Source: Eledone cirrhosa
Taxonomy: Eukaryota
Length of the DNA stretch: 64,000 nt
Direction of reading: 5' to 3'
Assembly: GCA_964016885.1 (NCBI GenBank)
Contig: OZ024747.1
Coordinates: 19,344,001-19,408,000 of the forward strand
Below, piece after piece: positions 60,081-64,000 of this stretch (the first letter of the stretch is position 1; each line of letters starts with the position of its first letter). The notes under the pieces are model-generated. The model worked only from the letters and a program-made list of their open reading frames with translations. It was not told the origin of the DNA and searched no databases. The position numbers and the translations under genes were made by a program.

Positions 60081-60940
60081 CTAGCAGTAAAGCCCGGCGT
60101 TGCTCGGGGTCGCTCAGTAGCTGTGTTAAAGTTACAATGTTAAGTTTCTTTTTTGGCTTAAAAACTGTAGTGTCTACTGTGCAGACTTGCAAGTGGTGTT
60201 TTTGATTAATATTCCCTCAAACAACAATATGCCTTATGAAGTTAAGAAAACATAACGATAACCCGAATGTTATAACAAAAGAGGATGCTGGGGATAGAAA
60301 CTGCACTGGTTATTTATTAACAAAGATCGAAAATGTAAACACTGCAACGCAGAGAAAAACATTAGCGTAACCAAATTATCAGTTATGTCTGTCTGCACGC
60401 CTATATCACCCCTCTGCACGACTGTCTGTCTGCACGCCTATATCACCTCTCTGCACGACTATCTGTCTGCACGCCTATATCACCTCTCTGCACGACTGTC
60501 TGTCTGCACGCCTAACGACGAAATATTTGCTTGTTTTACGTAGTCTTTAAATAGACTTGTTTTCAAGTAAAAATATTGTTTTAAAATGCTTTTAAATGGA
60601 AATGAAGCAAAACGGAAGCTTAGTGTTCGAACTGATGAATTTTGCAGGTCAATATTTTGCTGGCTCGACAACTGTTAAAGCCAGCGTAATTTTTTACGTA
60701 AGACGCTCAATGTAAACAGAACAAAGGGAAATAACTGATCACTTACGCTCAAAAATCGATACATTATATTCGATTTCGTCACATAGGGTGGGTCAATTTG
60801 AAATTTTTTTTTCCGATGTCTTCGCTAGGGCTCAATGTACAAGTATAGCAATTTCGGTGCAATTCCGTGAGAGATTCTAAGAGGAGATGTGTGCCAAAAA
60901 TCGATAGACAGACAGACAACCACAGTTTTATATATATAGA
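60081..60940 (-). mobile_element. Non-autonomous Helitron
   Basis: Minus strand: A|TC 5' end, subterminal hairpin CCCGAGCAACGCCGGG, 3' CTAG|T, no TSD; internal (CTGT)n and 37-bp repeats. Confidence 0.85.
60386..60513. repeat. 37-bp tandem repeat (about 3.5 copies) inside the Helitron
   Basis: TGTCTGTCTGCACGCCTATATCACCTCTCTGCACGAC. Confidence 0.9.
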
Positions 60941-61065
60941 TAAGGAAAGCAAAATCACACTCGATTTTTAAACGCCATCCAAACTCTCTCTGCAGATCCA
61001 CCAGCAACCTTCATACATTACTGGTATGAGGTTGCAGCAGTTAAATTACGTAGTTTCTATAAAAT

Positions 61066-61245
61066 GTTTCTACATTTGGCACCAGGCCAGCAATTATCCC
61101 AGTGTATTACTGATGCTTTATTTTATCGACCCCGTAAGGATGGAAGCACAGTTAACCTCGGTGGGATTCAAACTCCGACCATAAAGGGCCGTAACTCTTT
61201 GCTGCAAAGCATAGCATCCAGCCCTACCGATACTGCCAATCCACA
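61066..61245 (-). mobile_element. SINE with 16-bp TSD
   Basis: GTAGTTTCTATAAAAT at 61050-61065 and 61246-61261. Confidence 0.9.
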
Positions 61246-61644
61246 GTAGTTTCTATAAAATAATCTACGGTGCCATTGCGTAATTAACCATGCACCACAT
61301 AATCATGTCGAAAGCCCACATCTTCCCCGACCCTATATTACTAACGAACTCAATCCAACGTTCAGCCATTAACAGATATATAACAGATACTCTCTATAAC
61401 CAGAACATACATCAATCAAATCTAAATACATCAATCACCGGTTAATCTAATCTAATAACTATCCAGCTTAATGAACCAATTCCCTGAAATGTATAAATTA
61501 TAGAGGCTTATAATAAACATTATTTAATAAACCCTAGATTACACCATTTCATGGGAGGACGCTTGACCTTCAAAATGTTTGAATCTGCTACCCAGCACCA
61601 CTATTACCTCCTTTGATATCACTACCAATCATTATATCTACGTT

Positions 61645-61793
61645 GCCATGCTTTCCAGCATAGTTACGTCCCTTTACGGTCTGAGTTCAAATCCCGCCAA
61701 GGTTTACTTTACCTTTCATCCTTACGGGGTCGGTAAAATAAAGTACCAGTAATGCACTGGATAATTGCTGGCCTTGTGCCTAAAGTCGAAACA
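61645..61793 (+). mobile_element. 5'-truncated SINE with 14-bp TSD
   Basis: ATTATATCTACGTT at 61631-61644 and 61794-61807. Confidence 0.85.
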
Positions 61794-61805
61794 ATTATAT
61801 CTACG

Positions 61806-62632
61806 TTCTTCTGGTTTTATAATTTCACAAAGTTTTACCAATAGAGAGAGAGTCGGTTTCTAACATAGACACAATACTCTCTCATTGGAATTTACACAAC
61901 ATCAACTAGGTAGATATGTATGTATGCATGTGTAGATATGGATGTTATTGTATGTGTGGATGTGTATGTTTTGAGTTGTATGTGTGCATGTGTAGATGCT
62001 TTGTATCTGTACATGTGTATATGCAGTTATTAGATGCAAAACCTTTGGAATGTTTTACATATTTTTACTGTTCCATTAATGGATTGTACTTGTAATTTCC
62101 TAACTAGTTGTGTTCTTGCTGTTCCTGTGAAGCCTAGCTTCTCAAGATTTGTATTGAGGCAGTTACTAACATATCCCAGTGCCCCAATCACAGGCATAAA
62201 TCTGAAGGTGTAATCAGGGTGGAGTATCTGCAGATTTCTCATCAGTTCTGCATAAATATTCTCCTTTTCGCTAATCTTTGATATTATATTGGCATCTGCT
62301 GGACAGCTAATTTCCACTACTGTGCATGCTTTATTCTCCCTGTCCCATATCATAATATCTGGTCTGTTATGCCTGCATTTTATTGGGGTTTTTACTGGAA
62401 CATTCCACCAGTACTCTTTCATATTATGTACATGGATGTCTTCAACATTGCTGTAGCTTTTAATGTGTTTATTATCGGGGCTATCTTTTTTACGAACTGC
62501 ATTGTACAGTGTTTTGGCCACTACATCATGCCTCATAGGTAGATAGTACCGCGATGACATCTTTGGGCAGCTGCTGATGACATGGGTGATATCCTCGATG
62601 TTAGTTCTGTAGAGTCTGCACTTGTAATCACA
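61806..62632 (-). mobile_element. Second, shorter copy of the R4/Dong-like element (knuckle + RLE + 3' UTR)
   Basis: Colinear with 52077-52905; 5' end joins (TATG)n. Confidence 0.9.
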
Positions 62633-62706
62633 TGTATGTATGTATGTATGTATGTATGTATGTATGTATGTATGTATGTATGTATGTATGTATGTATGTA
62701 TGTATG

Positions 62707-63410
62707 TTTCTCTTTCTCTTTCTCTTAATTTTGAGTACATTTTTGACCGGCCACCCGGTGGCAAGGTTGTTAAAAAAAAAGAAATTGTCATCTCTTGAAT
62801 CGCAAGAATCTTTTGCAAATTTTGAAGGTGCCAGCTATCGCAGCCACTTGTAGTCTATGAATTAGGGAGCTGCGTTCTTCGTCCACAAATCCAAGTTGAG
62901 TTATACTTTGGTTCAAGCGGGTTGGTATATAACCTGTAGCTCTAATAATGATGGATATGAAGCTGAAGGTGTATCTTGGATACTGGATCTGCAACCTCCT
63001 CATCAATGGTCCGTAGATGTCCTCCTCTTGTATTTTTCTGACACCGTTGACATCAAGTGAACAGCTGATCTCTACAACAGAGCACGTTTGTATGTATGTA
63101 TGTATGTATGTTTTCTCTTTCTCTTAATTTCGAGTATATTTTTTTTTCACCGGCCACCTTCCTGGTGGCAAGGTTGTAAAAGAAAAGAAATTGTCATCCC
63201 TTGAATCGCAAGAATGTTTTGCATATTTTGAAGGTGCCAGCTATCGCAGCCATTTGTAGACTATGAATTAGGGAGCTGCGCTTTTTGTCCGCAAATCCAA
63301 GTTCGGTCATACTTTGGTCCAAGCGGGTTGGTATATAACCCGTAGCACCAATAATGATGGGTATGAAGCTAAAGGTGTATCTTGGATACTGGATTTGTAA
63401 GCTCCTCATC
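62707..63410 (-). mobile_element. Two tandem 3' fragments (62707-63089, 63111-63410) of a second R4-like family, separated by (TATG)n
   Basis: MRxLQIQYPRYTFSFIxIIIxATGY...GTFKICKxFL, homologous to the C-terminus of the 52077 element. Confidence 0.85.
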
Positions 63411-63574
63411 ATGTATGTATGTATGTATGTATGTATGTATGTATGTATGTATGTATGTATGTAGAGAGTGGGACTGGCTTTGTGCAGTGCCTTTGCTCAC
63501 TATAAAAGCTTCACGGCACAGGCATTGCTTTATATCTGGAGATCTCTCTGCACTTGTCGTCACATGGTACCATG

Positions 63575-63740
63575 GGCCCAGCACTATGTGTCAATAATTG
63601 TCACAAGTGTAGTGTTTGTACCAGAGTTTTCAAGTCGCTGGCTAGACTAAAAAGTCACACTCGTTCAGCGCATCGATAGGGGTTCTCCTATATGGATATA
63701 AACGGTAGTGGCCGTACTCGAAAACGAGTTGGCAGCCGCC
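63575..63740 (+). mobile_element. Probable RTE-clade LINE 3' end with C-terminal C2H2 finger and (ATGT)n tail
   Basis: HKCSVCTRVFKSLARLKSHTRSAHR* (63602-63679), short UTR, then (ATGT)n at 63741-63824. Confidence 0.55.
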
Positions 63741-64000
63741 ATGTATGTATGTATGTATGTATGTATGTATGTATGTATGTATGTATGTATGTATGTATGT
63801 ATGTATGTATGTATGTATGTATGTCAGGTGACACTTCAGCGCTACTGGTAACATGTATCATAGTACAACCTGTGCATGGTCGGTTCGTCAGCGACTACAC
63901 CGGCAACCGCACCAAGCTTGCTTAGTGAGGAGGGTGATTTTGGACTCCCTACAGGATGAAAAACAATACCCGTCAACGGGCGGAGTAACTCAGGAGAGTC

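Overview
AT-rich, gene-poor eukaryotic (animal) DNA. The SINE, microsatellite and retroelement content looks like a cephalopod/octopus genome; this is inference, not tested. No host protein-coding gene is supportable, and nearly all long ORFs in the track are translations of simple repeats. Main content: (1) a 5.3-kb CG-interrupted (TA)n array; (2) a ~19.8-kb 26-bp satellite with a 2730-bp higher-order duplication, fused to the 5' end of a decayed Penelope-like element (PLE); (3) a second PLE copy with an uninterrupted RT + GIY-YIG ORF inserted in (TA)n; (4) more than a dozen short insertions, mostly in or beside (TA)n, that carry minimal type I hammerhead ribozyme motifs and/or long fold-back palindromes, where independent copies of a family share the turn-around point; (5) a 483-bp tandem hammerhead unit resembling a retrozyme; (6) R4/Dong-like, CRE-like, RTE-like and Tx1/L1-like non-LTR remnants in (TATG)n/(ATCT)n; (7) tRNA-derived SINEs, a hAT MITE and a non-autonomous Helitron. 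The best candidate for an undescribed system is the set of non-autonomous, hairpin-shaped, ribozyme-bearing PLE derivatives that target (TA)n, together with the satellite-PLE fusion. All folds and alignments were read by eye.
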